From Candidatus Woesearchaeota archaeon (GTDB lineage Archaea > Nanobdellota > Nanobdellia > Woesearchaeales > SKGA01), in NCBI GenBank assembly GCA_016926395.1, contig JAFGOT010000014.1:1-64000 (forward strand): DNA of 64,000 bases. The letters are read 5' to 3'. Positions within the stretch are counted from its first letter, which is position 1. Each line of letters begins with the position of its first letter. The position numbers and the translations under genes were made by a program. Shown in pieces: positions 10,314 through 20,017 of the stretch. Below the pieces are notes generated by a model. The model had not been told where the DNA came from. It saw only the letters and a program-made list of their open reading frames with translations, and ran no database searches.

Positions 10314-11300
10314 CTACAATGCTCCAACTCGAGCAAAGATAACTAATTCAAGGATTGACATGAACGCAATAAATAATGTAACGTAGTATGCGCTGTTAAT
10401 TCTGACGCTAATCTGTTCTAAAGTTGCGTCCTGGAAGCTTTCTTCAAGTTGCATCTCGTTGGAGATTAAATATGCTTGTCCTCCAGTTTGTTCAGCAATA
10501 CTCTTAAGGATACTGATGTTAAGGTTTAAGTCACTATATGTGTTTCTAAGTTCTTCAGGAATATCTGTGTAATCAATAGTTCTAGCTTCTTGGAGCTCAG
10601 AACCAATACCGAAAATAGTAATTTTAACTTCTTGGTCGATTGCATTTTGAATTGTGCTTTCACTTACATTTTGCGTACCGTCAGTAAACAAAAGAATATT
10701 CTTTTTTTTGTTAGAGCTATCTTTAAACATGTTAATTCCATAACCGATTGCAAAATCAAGATTAGTTCCACTTTTTTTATAATCTATTTCCATGGAATTT
10801 AAAGCAGCATAAATTGGTTTTTTATCTACACTCAAAGGAGCTTCAACATCAATATTATTCGAAAATCCAATGACTCCAATTTGTGTGCTGTTAGGAACAA
10901 TAGCAAGCCAACGCGAAGCTATATTTTTAGCAGAAGCAAGTCTGTTAGGTTGGAAATCTGTTGCACTCATACTTGAAGAATCATCAACTAATAATATAAA
11001 ATCTGTATCTCCGATTGGTTTATATTCAGCAATTTCAACGGAGTTTGTTGCAACCATGTAAAGTAAAATAATTAAAATCATTTTTACAACAAGAATCCAA
11101 GTACTTACATGAAATATTCTAAAACCATGGGTTCTTTCAAGAGTTTTTAAGTTACCAAAATAAGTAGCACGCTTAGCACGAAGATATTTCATAAAAAAAT
11201 ACGCGCCTACAGTAATAACTAACAAAAGCAATAGCAAAACAGAATCCTGCAAAGGATTTTGTAAGCTGACAGTTAATTTACCAATATGTAGCGCTAATAT
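10314..11300 (-). CDS. vWA-domain membrane protein (BatA-like)
   Basis: MIDAS motif DDSSSM, T and LFTDG; N-terminal TM helices and C-terminal TM. The ORF track starts at TTG 11252; the frame is open upstream to an ATA at 11300 behind GGTG. Confidence 0.85.
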   Translation of the reverse strand: MLALHIGKLTVSLQNPLQDSVLLLLLLVITVGAYFFMKYLRAKRATYFGNLKTLERTHGFRIFHVSTWILVVKMILIILLYMVATNSVEIAEYKPIGDTDFILLVDDSSSMSATDFQPNRLASAKNIASRWLAIVPNSTQIGVIGFSNNIDVEAPLSVDKKPIYAALNSMEIDYKKSGTNLDFAIGYGINMFKDSSNKKKNILLFTDGTQNVSESTIQNAIDQEVKITIFGIGSELQEARTIDYTDIPEELRNTYSDLNLNISILKSIAEQTGGQAYLISNEMQLEESFQDATLEQISVRINSAYYVTLFIAFMSILELVIFARVGAL

Positions 11301-12199
11301 ATTTCCACCGTCTCTCCACCAAGGGCTTTAATAAATGCAGTTCCGAACTCTTCACCTGTAGTGATTTTAAAGCAAACTTGTCCGTACTGTTGGAATGTGT
11401 CTTTAATGTATTTTTCTTGAGCTTTAGCCATAACCTCATATTCTTTTCTAACTTTATCAACATCAGAAAGAATAACTCTGCCTGTATGAGGATCTTTAAG
11501 ATACATTTTACCAACTCCTTTAGGAAGTTGACTGTCGGTTGGATCTCGAACCATTATACCAAAAACTTTTGTGAATTGACTTGCTAGTTCTGGAAGGAAT
11601 CTTTCAGGATGTGTATCAACAAAGTCAGACACAATAAATATGATTGAATCGTTTTTGTAATTTGCTAACAGCTCATCACTTAAATTATCCCAATCTTTAA
11701 TTCCACCATATTGTTTGGAATCAGTAAGTCTGTTAATTAGTTGAACGTAATCTCCATCCGCTTCAGTAAGATTTGCTTTGTTTTTAGCAAATGTTCCTCC
11801 ACCTACTTGATCGCCAGCATCAACTGCGGCATATGCAAGAGTTCCTGCAACCAAAGCACCAAATTCATTCTTTGTCATTTTATGCGTTCCAAGAAGCATT
11901 GAATTAGAAACATCGAGAATAATAATAATATCAAATACCCTTTCTTCTTTGAAAATTCTAGTGTATAATTTTCCAGTTCTTGCGAAAACTTTCCAATCAA
12001 GACGTCTTACATCATCTCCGGGAACGTATCTTTTCATATCGTAGAATTCTAAACCTCGACCAGAAATAAGTTGATAATAAAGAAGATTTAGACGAAAAAA
12101 CTCTGCTAGAAGACCTGCTTGTTTAGCAACTTCTTTCATAAGACCGTCAAAACTAAACGTATTAACAATAGGTTGATTACTTTTAGTGCCGGACGCCAT
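11294..12199 (-). CDS. DUF58 family protein (vWA-like MoxR partner)
   Basis: GRGLEFYDMKRYVPGDDVRRLDWKVFAR signature; LDVSNSM; adjacent to MoxR. Confidence 0.9.
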   Translation of the reverse strand: MASGTKSNQPIVNTFSFDGLMKEVAKQAGLLAEFFRLNLLYYQLISGRGLEFYDMKRYVPGDDVRRLDWKVFARTGKLYTRIFKEERVFDIIIILDVSNSMLLGTHKMTKNEFGALVAGTLAYAAVDAGDQVGGGTFAKNKANLTEADGDYVQLINRLTDSKQYGGIKDWDNLSDELLANYKNDSIIFIVSDFVDTHPERFLPELASQFTKVFGIMVRDPTDSQLPKGVGKMYLKDPHTGRVILSDVDKVRKEYEVMAKAQEKYIKDTFQQYGQVCFKITTGEEFGTAFIKALGGETVEIY

Positions 12200-12253
12200 T
12201 CTTCATCTTAAAACATCAATGACAAAAATACTTTGTCTTGATTTTATACTTTT

Positions 12254-14089
12254 TTATAGAGCTTTAACTTTGCTAAGGATTTCCTCAACAATTTTTTCAG
12301 GAGTTATGTTGTGTGCTTTACCCCTATAGTTAACAACAACACGATGCCTTAAAACGCTGTGAGCAATTGCATCAACATCGTCTGGGAGAACATAATTTCG
12401 TCCTTCAAATACAGCGTTTGCCTGAGCTGCCAGACATAAATAAATACTCGCCCTTACGCCTGCACCGTACTTAACGAACTTCATACCTTCGATGTTTTTG
12501 TTAACACCTCTTGTTGCTTCAACTAAATCCATAATGTATTCTCTTATCTTATCTGAAATGTAAACTTTTTTTACTTTTGATTGGATGTTAAGAACATCTT
12601 GCTTTGTAAGTACTGGTTTAACATTTTTCTTAAGATCTTTTGTTGTTGCGTTTTCTGTGATAATTGCTAATTCATATTTACGTTCAGGATAATCTAAAAT
12701 TAACTTAAACATAAACCGATCTAAAACTGCTTCTGGAAGTTCGTATGTACCTTTGTTTTCAAGTGGGTTTTGAGTTGCAAGAACGAAAAATGGTTTATCA
12801 AGGATGAATGTTTCATTCTCGATGTTAATCTTTTTCTCCTGCATCGCTTCCATAATTGCTGCGTGAGTTTTAGGAGGTGCCCTGTTAATCTCGTCTGCTA
12901 AAACAAAGTTTGCGAAAATAGGCCCTTTGTAAATAGTATACTCTGCAGTCTTTGGATTAAAAACTTGACCACCAATAATGTCTGATGGAAGAAGATCTGG
13001 AAGGAACTGAATACGTTTGAATGTTGTTCCATCAATAACTAAACCTAATGTTTCAATAAGAAGTGTTTTTGCAAGACCTGGAACTCCTTCAAGAAGAGAA
13101 TGGGCACTACAAAGAACAGAAATTAAAACACCTTTAACTGCTTGTTCTTGACCGATAAAAACTTTATTAATTTCAAATTCCATATCTTTAAGCTTTTGAG
13201 AATACTCTTGAGCTTCTTCAATAGTAATAACTCCTCGTTTAGTTGTAGCTTGATATTTTTCTTTATCTACTTCTTTCTTTTCTTCGATTTCTGCCATTTT
13301 CTGTTCAATTACTTCTTTAGCGTCAACTTCAGGTAGTTGTGTTACTTCTTGAGAATCATCATCTTCATCTGCTGTTGAGGTAATGGTTTTATTATTTTTG
13401 TTAGTTGTTTGTTTTACCTCTTGAGTAATTGTAGGTGTTGATTCTTCAACTTCAACTTCAATTGGTTTTGCTTCATCCCAATTAGAATCAACACTTCCTG
13501 GATATGTATGTTTTAAATTTTCTAAAGGTGGTGTTGTTTCAATTTCTGGTTCGGATGGAACATCGTAATAACTACTGCCTTGTTTTCCAGAAATTAATGA
13601 TTTTAATTTAGAAATTAATTTGTCTTTGTTGTTTGCTCTTTCCTGAGCTTGTTGTAATTGTTTACTTGTTTCCTCAATTGTTCGTTGAGTTGGGGTATAA
13701 AGATTATTGTTGCTAGAATTGTTTCCTCTTAAATCAGCAAGGTATGATTTTAATTCAGTAATTATTTCTCTTTTAGTTTGTGCATTTTGAAGTTGTTGAG
13801 CTAATTGATAGTTATTTTGTTCTAAAGATCTGATTTCTCTTATTAGTTTATCAATTGTTTCTTGTTCAATCATTTCAGTAGTTCGAAATGTTGCAGGAGC
13901 TTTAGTTTGGGAGGATGTGATCTTCTTTTTAGTGTTTGATTTTTTAACCGGTTTGCTTTGTTTTTTAGAAACTACTTTTTTAGGAGTTGTTCTTTTGACA
14001 ACTTTTTTGGTTGTGTTCTTTTTAGTAACTTTTTTAGTGGTTTTTTTGGCGTTTGATGTTTTCTTTTTCGTACTCTTTCTAGTTGCCAC
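12254..14089 (-). CDS. moxR: MoxR-family AAA+ ATPase with ~290-aa N-terminal Lys-rich/coiled-coil/acidic extension
   Basis: Walker A EGVPGLAKT, RIQFLPDLLPSDIIG, Walker B LADEINRAPPKT, ATQNPLE, PEAVLDRF. GTG start behind GGAGGTGA. Confidence 0.92.
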   Translation of the reverse strand: MATRKSTKKKTSNAKKTTKKVTKKNTTKKVVKRTTPKKVVSKKQSKPVKKSNTKKKITSSQTKAPATFRTTEMIEQETIDKLIREIRSLEQNNYQLAQQLQNAQTKREIITELKSYLADLRGNNSSNNNLYTPTQRTIEETSKQLQQAQERANNKDKLISKLKSLISGKQGSSYYDVPSEPEIETTPPLENLKHTYPGSVDSNWDEAKPIEVEVEESTPTITQEVKQTTNKNNKTITSTADEDDDSQEVTQLPEVDAKEVIEQKMAEIEEKKEVDKEKYQATTKRGVITIEEAQEYSQKLKDMEFEINKVFIGQEQAVKGVLISVLCSAHSLLEGVPGLAKTLLIETLGLVIDGTTFKRIQFLPDLLPSDIIGGQVFNPKTAEYTIYKGPIFANFVLADEINRAPPKTHAAIMEAMQEKKINIENETFILDKPFFVLATQNPLENKGTYELPEAVLDRFMFKLILDYPERKYELAIITENATTKDLKKNVKPVLTKQDVLNIQSKVKKVYISDKIREYIMDLVEATRGVNKNIEGMKFVKYGAGVRASIYLCLAAQANAVFEGRNYVLPDDVDAIAHSVLRHRVVVNYRGKAHNITPEKIVEEILSKVKAL

Positions 14090-14385
14090 AAACTCACCTC
14101 CCTTTTTTTCACGTATTAATGTAAAATTAATACTTATAACTTCGATTATTCGTTTATAAATCTTTCCGTTATTTTTTTGTTTGTTAATTTTTTTGTTACT
14201 CTTGCGTGCCCGTATTTTTTTTCTACTGAAAAGTTGTGTTCGTAAAGTTTATAAATAATTTTTATCCCATTTAGTGTTAGCGGGTTGGTTTAGTTACGAA
14301 TAATACCATACTCTGATAGTTGGGGTGAGGTCTTTTCTAATTAAACACTTATAGCAATCGGTCTCCACATGAGGGGTGGGGTTAG

Positions 14386-17300
14386 ATTCGTCAAAAAAGA
14401 GCAGGTAAATTATTTAGTAGTCTGTTGTTAGCTTTAGCGTTATATCTTTTGATATTCGCTCCAATAACAACAGCGACACAACTTGGCAATTCTTCTAATC
14501 AGACTTATCAATATTCAAATTTAACTCTTTCTCCAATCCTTGGAATGGTGGTCGATTGGCCAACATTAAACAACGCGCTAAACAACAATGAATTAGAACC
14601 AACCCAAATAATTCTAAACAATACTAATCAAACAGTTATGTGGTCAAGTAGTGGCACACTAACAACTACTTCTGTAGAAGAAATCTTAGCATCAATAGAA
14701 AACTATGAAAGTTTAACTTATTATGTGGACTATGATCAAAGAATTCTCTTAAACCAACCTAGCTATGTAATTACAACAGAAGATGTTTATGTGCCATTAA
14801 CCACGGACTTAAAAAAAGAAATTTTCAAAGATGGAAACACAACCCTTGAAGTTTCCTTAATTGAAAATGAAACACAAATAGTAATCGAGGCTAATTTTAG
14901 TGATGAAAATGGATTAATCTCTGGTCTTAATTCTTTTTGTGAATTACGAGAAAACTCAACTGGTCAATGGGATAGTAATTTCATGAACGTTAAAGATGTT
15001 TATTTCTACCAACTCGCAATTGGAGACTCTTTTATGTATGAAGTTACTTGCCAAGACTTGAATACAGAAAAAAAACTCTCTGCAGTATCAACTTACCAGA
15101 AGAACATTGTTTCTTCTGGTGAGGGGGAGTTACAATCAAAAACAATCGAAGAAGAATTTGATTTAGGTGATAATTCTAAACCTATACTTGTTGAAGATTT
15201 GTATATTAATTTAACTGATGATTACTTTAATAATGCTGATACGAATGTAACAAAGCCAAGAGAAAATAAGACAAGTTTAGATGTTACTTACGTTTTCGAT
15301 GATTCCAATGTCGTGCTAAGCGCGGAATATTTAAATTCTGATGGTACTTCTTTGGTTGGATTAAATTCTTTTTGTGAAATAAGAGAAAATTCAACTAATG
15401 TTTGGAGTTCGCCATATTACTTATTCTATGATGATCTGGTAAAAAAATATCAAACAAGCATATCCAAACAAAATGATTTCTGGGCACAAGTGAGTTGTTT
15501 TACAAACAATGTTGGAGAAGAAAATCTAAGTACAATTAAAATAATTGAAACCAAAACAAACAAAATAGAAGAATCCTATTTATCAGAAGAGTTAATTGGA
15601 TTTACAAATGATACAAACCACAGTTCTCAAACACGTTTTGGAATATTTAATTTAGAAACTCCAAGCGGAATAATATCTGACTTTACAGTTGATGAAGATT
15701 TGAACATTGCATTTAGAATTGATAATTTAACTCATGGGCAAAAATTATCTGTAGATTTAACTCTTCCAATTCCAATTCCACAAAATCAACATATTTACAT
15801 TTGGAAAAAATTAAGTGGAACATACAAAGAAGTTCCTTATGATATTTCTGATTCTAGAAAAAAATTAACACTCCATCTTCAAGATGGACTAATTGATGAT
15901 GACGAAGAAGTAAATGGCGTTATCGTTGATCCTTTCCAACTAATTTTTACGGATGAAAGCACAGAAGTGACAGCGACATCTTCCCAAAGCTCCCTCATAG
16001 CTTTGGAGTCTAACCAACTGGATGTCGTAATTAACAAAGGGGTTTTAGGGGAGGTACTTGTGGTGGATCCAAATAACCTGCCGGTGACACCGCTCCCTCC
16101 TCGCTCTTTTGTTACCAACCTGCTAAAACTTAACATATCTAGTTTTGATAGCGAAGGTGTCGATGTTACTTTCAAACACAGCGGTCCACTTGTGGACCCT
16201 GTAGTTTGGAAATTCAATCCGAACAAATTTGAATGGTATGTGATGCCACACACAAGAATAGATGATTCAACAATTTCAATTCACATCGTGGATGGTGGAC
16301 TTGGAGATGATGATGGACTTAAGAATGGAGTAATAATCGATGATGTTGGTATAGTTCAATCAGAAACAAGACTTAACATAAGTGATGATTCAGATGCTCA
16401 AACAATATTACAAAATGAAACGATTGGTTTCTATGCAAACTACACTAATGCAACATCTGATGCGCCTTATCTTGGAGCTAATTGTGTGTATGCAGAAAAC
16501 ATTACTGGAACTTGGAATGCAAGTTCAATGACATATAATCTTACAAGTGGATTATATGAATACTATTCAAACTTTAGTAATTTTGGAACTTATTATTACA
16601 AAATAAACTGTTCACAAGAAAACGCAACAACGATAGAACTAAATGAAACATTCACAATAAGTCGAACACCTCTTGCAACCGATGCAAATTATTCAAGTTT
16701 CTCTGGAAGTACAACAGAATTTAATTTGGAGAGTGATATTTCAAATGTTTCTGGAGCAATAATTGAAAATGTTGGTTTTGGAAAAATAGAATGGAACAAC
16801 CCAATAAATGCAACGAGTCAAGACTTTAATAATAATATAGTGATAAGTAATAATTATGTGTTTGTAAATAGTAGTGCACTAAACTCTAATATTAATTCAT
16901 CGGCAAATGTAACGATGAGTGGTCTTACTTGGACAATCCCTATCATATATAGAGATGGAGTTGAATGCTCGACTTGTAATGTTTTAAGTTACTCTGCAGG
17001 AACTTTGGTCTTTAATGTAACTGGATTTTCAACTTACACGACTGGACCTCAAACAAATCTAAGTATAAATGATACAACCGATATAACTTCCAGATATGAA
17101 GGTCAAAACATAACATTCTATGCTTATTATACAAATATAACTTCAGGTCTTCCAATAACGGGAGCTGGAAGTGAATGTAATTTCACAGAAAATAGTTCTG
17201 GTTCTTGGTCTGCAGATCAGACTATGAGTTACAACAATAATGGTTATTACGAATTAAACAAAACGTTTGCAACAAATGGAACTTTCAACTTTAATGTAAG

Positions 17301-18237
17301 TTGCGTTAACACACAAGGATATGCAAACCTTACAACAACAGATACATTTACTGTTGAACCTCGCCCAACAAGAGAATTATATATTACAGATGTAACTTAC
17401 TCTAATAATAATCCAAATGAAAACGAACTTGTAACTGTAACAGTAAACATGTCTAATATTGAAACTGCAAATGCAACTAATTTTACTGTAGAGATGAATG
17501 TAAGCTTATGGAATGGAACTGATAAAATTTATGTGGGAACAAACACTAGTTTACTTGTAGATGTTAATGCAAGTTCTTGGAATACTGTTGACTTTACATG
17601 GAATGCGAGTTTAGGACTTACAATCTTTGACTTTTATATTGATACTCAAAACAACGTAACTGAATTAGACGAAACAAACAATATTTTTACTAAAAACATC
17701 TCAACAAATTCATGGGTGACTTTCTATGGAAATCTATCGACTAATGTTGTTCTTGGTGATTCATCAAATAAAGTAATGAAAAATTGGACTGCTACTCCTT
17801 GGGGAGTGATGTTGGTGTCTGATGTTGATGCAAGTTATGTCGTGGGTGACTTAGTTGCATTAGATGCTACCGGTGATTTGGCAAAGCTTGATATTGCCCT
17901 GAAAATGACTGGATTTGAAGATAGCATCTCAAAACTTTATGATTCAAATGATGATGGAGATGCTGATTTAACAACAACTATTAATCTAGTTGGAAATACT
18001 ATAAACAATGTCCCTGCGTATAAAATTGGTTCTAGTGATTTTATAACAGGAATACTTTACGATTCATCAGATGGAGCTCCTTATGATGGTAGTCAAGATG
18101 TTGTATTTGTTGTAGAAATTAATTCAACAGGTACTGGAGCTTATGCGAATGTTGATTATGAGCTTTACTTCCCTGCGCTTCTTAGAAGTTCAAAAGTTGG
18201 TTCTGATATTGTCGAGTACCAAATAAACTTTGACTAA
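14386..18237 (+). CDS. Giant surface glycoprotein: Cys-pair Ig-like modules, two choice-of-anchor-U-like domains, CARDB-like domain, C-terminal putative filament-subunit domain
   Basis: Four modules with C-x(3-4)-EN-x-(T/S)G/N-x-W. Two DG(L/G)xxDxD(E/G)xxNGVI(V/I)D motifs. C-terminal domain homologous to that of ORF 1-2643. The ORF track starts at TTG 14425; ATT 14386 gives a complete signal peptide. Confidence 0.8.
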   Translation: MRQKRAGKLFSSLLLALALYLLIFAPITTATQLGNSSNQTYQYSNLTLSPILGMVVDWPTLNNALNNNELEPTQIILNNTNQTVMWSSSGTLTTTSVEEILASIENYESLTYYVDYDQRILLNQPSYVITTEDVYVPLTTDLKKEIFKDGNTTLEVSLIENETQIVIEANFSDENGLISGLNSFCELRENSTGQWDSNFMNVKDVYFYQLAIGDSFMYEVTCQDLNTEKKLSAVSTYQKNIVSSGEGELQSKTIEEEFDLGDNSKPILVEDLYINLTDDYFNNADTNVTKPRENKTSLDVTYVFDDSNVVLSAEYLNSDGTSLVGLNSFCEIRENSTNVWSSPYYLFYDDLVKKYQTSISKQNDFWAQVSCFTNNVGEENLSTIKIIETKTNKIEESYLSEELIGFTNDTNHSSQTRFGIFNLETPSGIISDFTVDEDLNIAFRIDNLTHGQKLSVDLTLPIPIPQNQHIYIWKKLSGTYKEVPYDISDSRKKLTLHLQDGLIDDDEEVNGVIVDPFQLIFTDESTEVTATSSQSSLIALESNQLDVVINKGVLGEVLVVDPNNLPVTPLPPRSFVTNLLKLNISSFDSEGVDVTFKHSGPLVDPVVWKFNPNKFEWYVMPHTRIDDSTISIHIVDGGLGDDDGLKNGVIIDDVGIVQSETRLNISDDSDAQTILQNETIGFYANYTNATSDAPYLGANCVYAENITGTWNASSMTYNLTSGLYEYYSNFSNFGTYYYKINCSQENATTIELNETFTISRTPLATDANYSSFSGSTTEFNLESDISNVSGAIIENVGFGKIEWNNPINATSQDFNNNIVISNNYVFVNSSALNSNINSSANVTMSGLTWTIPIIYRDGVECSTCNVLSYSAGTLVFNVTGFSTYTTGPQTNLSINDTTDITSRYEGQNITFYAYYTNITSGLPITGAGSECNFTENSSGSWSADQTMSYNNNGYYELNKTFATNGTFNFNVSCVNTQGYANLTTTDTFTVEPRPTRELYITDVTYSNNNPNENELVTVTVNMSNIETANATNFTVEMNVSLWNGTDKIYVGTNTSLLVDVNASSWNTVDFTWNASLGLTIFDFYIDTQNNVTELDETNNIFTKNISTNSWVTFYGNLSTNVVLGDSSNKVMKNWTATPWGVMLVSDVDASYVVGDLVALDATGDLAKLDIALKMTGFEDSISKLYDSNDDGDADLTTTINLVGNTINNVPAYKIGSSDFITGILYDSSDGAPYDGSQDVVFVVEINSTGTGAYANVDYELYFPALLRSSKVGSDIVEYQINFD

Positions 18238-18310
18238 AAAGGTCATTTTGACCTTGTTTGCCTTCACATTCTCTAAAAAACCTGTTAGCCCTCAAGAGTG
18301 AAACAACATC

Positions 18311-18424
18311 TTTATATACTAATGTGTTCAGGTATAGACATATCTACACTAGTATGTAGATATTTATGATAATTCGAGTGATCAACACAATTACTCGATA
18401 TCGTTTTGCAAAACAAACGAGGTG
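18311..18424 (+). promoter_or_regulatory. TATA box, two inverted repeats and GAGGTG RBS upstream of the 236-aa gene
   Basis: TTTATATA at 18311-18318; ATATCTACA-N6-TGTAGATAT at 18340-18363; TCGAGTGAT-N7-ATTACTCGA at 18374-18398; GAGGTG at 18419-18424. Confidence 0.6.
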
Positions 18425-18433
18425 TGTACAACA

Positions 18434-19132
18434 ATGAAAAAATTAGTAATTTTGATGGCGCTTATTGCAGTGTTATCAATAGCTACTGCTTTAGCTCTAG
18501 AGCCTGGGCAAGCATCTATCTCCACAACAGATTTAGGGGAATATGTTAACGCAACAGCAGATACTTTAGACGCAACTGGCGGTACAATATTTGACGTAGA
18601 TGTAAGTGCAACAACAGGTACAATCCGATGGTCTGGTATCTCGGGTACAGTAACTGGTAACATTGTATTAGGGGATAACACTGGTACAATTATGTACGAT
18701 TGGGGTTCTGCAACTCCTATAGCAGTTTATGCTACATTAAACACAGATGCTATTAACTGGGACTCTGGTTTAGTGGCAGGTAACGAAGTTAATTTCTTAA
18801 CTGACTTCCCATACTTAACTGCAGCAAACGCTCCAAACGACAATTACAATACTACCTTCACAGGTACTTTAAGTATGGACACAGATGTTAATTCTAACAT
18901 GTTCACGCCTACTTGTCCTTCTGTATTAACAGATGACAACTCTGCGGCTTACTGGCCTACTTTACACTGTGAAGACGCTACAGGTCAACCAGTAATGGTT
19001 GGTGAAGTTGATTCAGCAGTTCACGCTAACTATGCAGGTGTGAATGTTAATTACCAAATGATTGTTCCAGAACTTGGCGGTCAGGGTAATGAAGCAGCAA
19101 CTTCATGGGACCTATGGGTTGAACTAGAATAA
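18434..19132 (+). CDS. Secreted putative major filament subunit (uncharacterised family)
   Basis: ATG 18434 lies 9 nt after GAGGTG; signal peptide. Motifs GGTIFDV, RWSGISGTVTGNIVLGD..G..MYDW, NYQMIVP, WDLWVELE. Has its own promoter and terminator. Confidence 0.75.
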   Translation: MKKLVILMALIAVLSIATALALEPGQASISTTDLGEYVNATADTLDATGGTIFDVDVSATTGTIRWSGISGTVTGNIVLGDNTGTIMYDWGSATPIAVYATLNTDAINWDSGLVAGNEVNFLTDFPYLTAANAPNDNYNTTFTGTLSMDTDVNSNMFTPTCPSVLTDDNSAAYWPTLHCEDATGQPVMVGEVDSAVHANYAGVNVNYQMIVPELGGQGNEAATSWDLWVELE

Positions 19133-19168
19133 GCCGATTATTGGCTTTTATTTTTCTTTTATTTTTTT
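19131..19168 (+). terminator. Hairpin + long T tract after the 236-aa gene
   Basis: AAGCCGA-TTA-TTGGCTT stem followed by about 20 nt that are almost all T. Confidence 0.6.
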
Positions 19169-19240
19169 AATTCTTTTACAAAAGGTTTTTAAAAAGCCAA
19201 GTTACAATAAATATATATTTTAAGCTCAAGGTGTGATTGA

Positions 19241-19924
19241 ATGAATAAATACGGATTGTTAGCATTGATTTTGACGGTGTTAATAATTTCAACATCAATA
19301 GCAATCGCAGCTCCAACAGGAGGATTGCTTACCATTCTATCCACTGAAAGAGGATCTGATTCTGAAGCACAATCATTTACCACACAAGGAGGTAATGTGA
19401 CTGAAGCAACGATTGTAGGACGTGTAATAACTGATAGATGGGCTGGTTTTTATGGTTCTGCAACAGGACAAATATTTGCAGGAGACGGTTCTGGTAATAC
19501 TTATTTTCAATGGACTACAGTTGATATGACTGATGGTGTAATCTACGCAAGCGATGGCCAAGTTAATGATTGGTTAAATCTAAGACCTGCTGTAGTTGGC
19601 GATATGCCTGGATTTGTGCAAGGCGTCGCAACAGATAACTTTGCAGCAACATTTTCCTCAACAGAAGTTTTTGATAGTGCATCACTAACAATTCCTGCAA
19701 CTCCTTACGCTCTTTCTTGGCAGAATATCTCTGGAACAGCAGGTGTAGGTAATCTAAGGACATACGCTCTTCATGATGATAGTGATGGAAATAATATCTT
19801 TGCAGGTAAAATAATTGATGATGCTGCTTCTTTTGCAGGTGGAGAAACTGTCGATTACCAAATAATTGTTCCAGCACAAACTGCGGTTGACACAACTTAC
19901 TGGTTCTATTTAGAGATGCCTTAA
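19241..19924 (+). CDS. Secreted paralogue of the 236-aa protein (second subunit)
   Basis: Signal peptide; GGNVTEA, RWAGFYGSATGQIFAGDGSG..YFQW, VDYQIIVP, YWFYLEMP; GGTG RBS. Confidence 0.75.
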   Translation: MNKYGLLALILTVLIISTSIAIAAPTGGLLTILSTERGSDSEAQSFTTQGGNVTEATIVGRVITDRWAGFYGSATGQIFAGDGSGNTYFQWTTVDMTDGVIYASDGQVNDWLNLRPAVVGDMPGFVQGVATDNFAATFSSTEVFDSASLTIPATPYALSWQNISGTAGVGNLRTYALHDDSDGNNIFAGKIIDDAASFAGGETVDYQIIVPAQTAVDTTYWFYLEMP

Positions 19925-20017
19925 TATGTTTTAATGCTTATTTTATGATTGTTATTTTTAACGAAACGTTTATAAATTAGGTTTCTTCTTTTCAAACATA
20001 GGGGAAAGGTAATTAAC

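Noticed and set aside
13900-14089. Separate histone H1-like gene
   Set aside because: The Lys-rich tract is continuous and in frame with the MoxR ATPase and has the only good RBS, so it is treated as an extension.
18434-19924. Calling the two small secreted paralogues type IV pilins/archaellins or S-layer proteins
   Set aside because: They have class I signal peptides with no K/R-G-Q/F class III cleavage site, no C-terminal TM or PGF anchor, and are much smaller than typical S-layer proteins. Left as an unassigned family.
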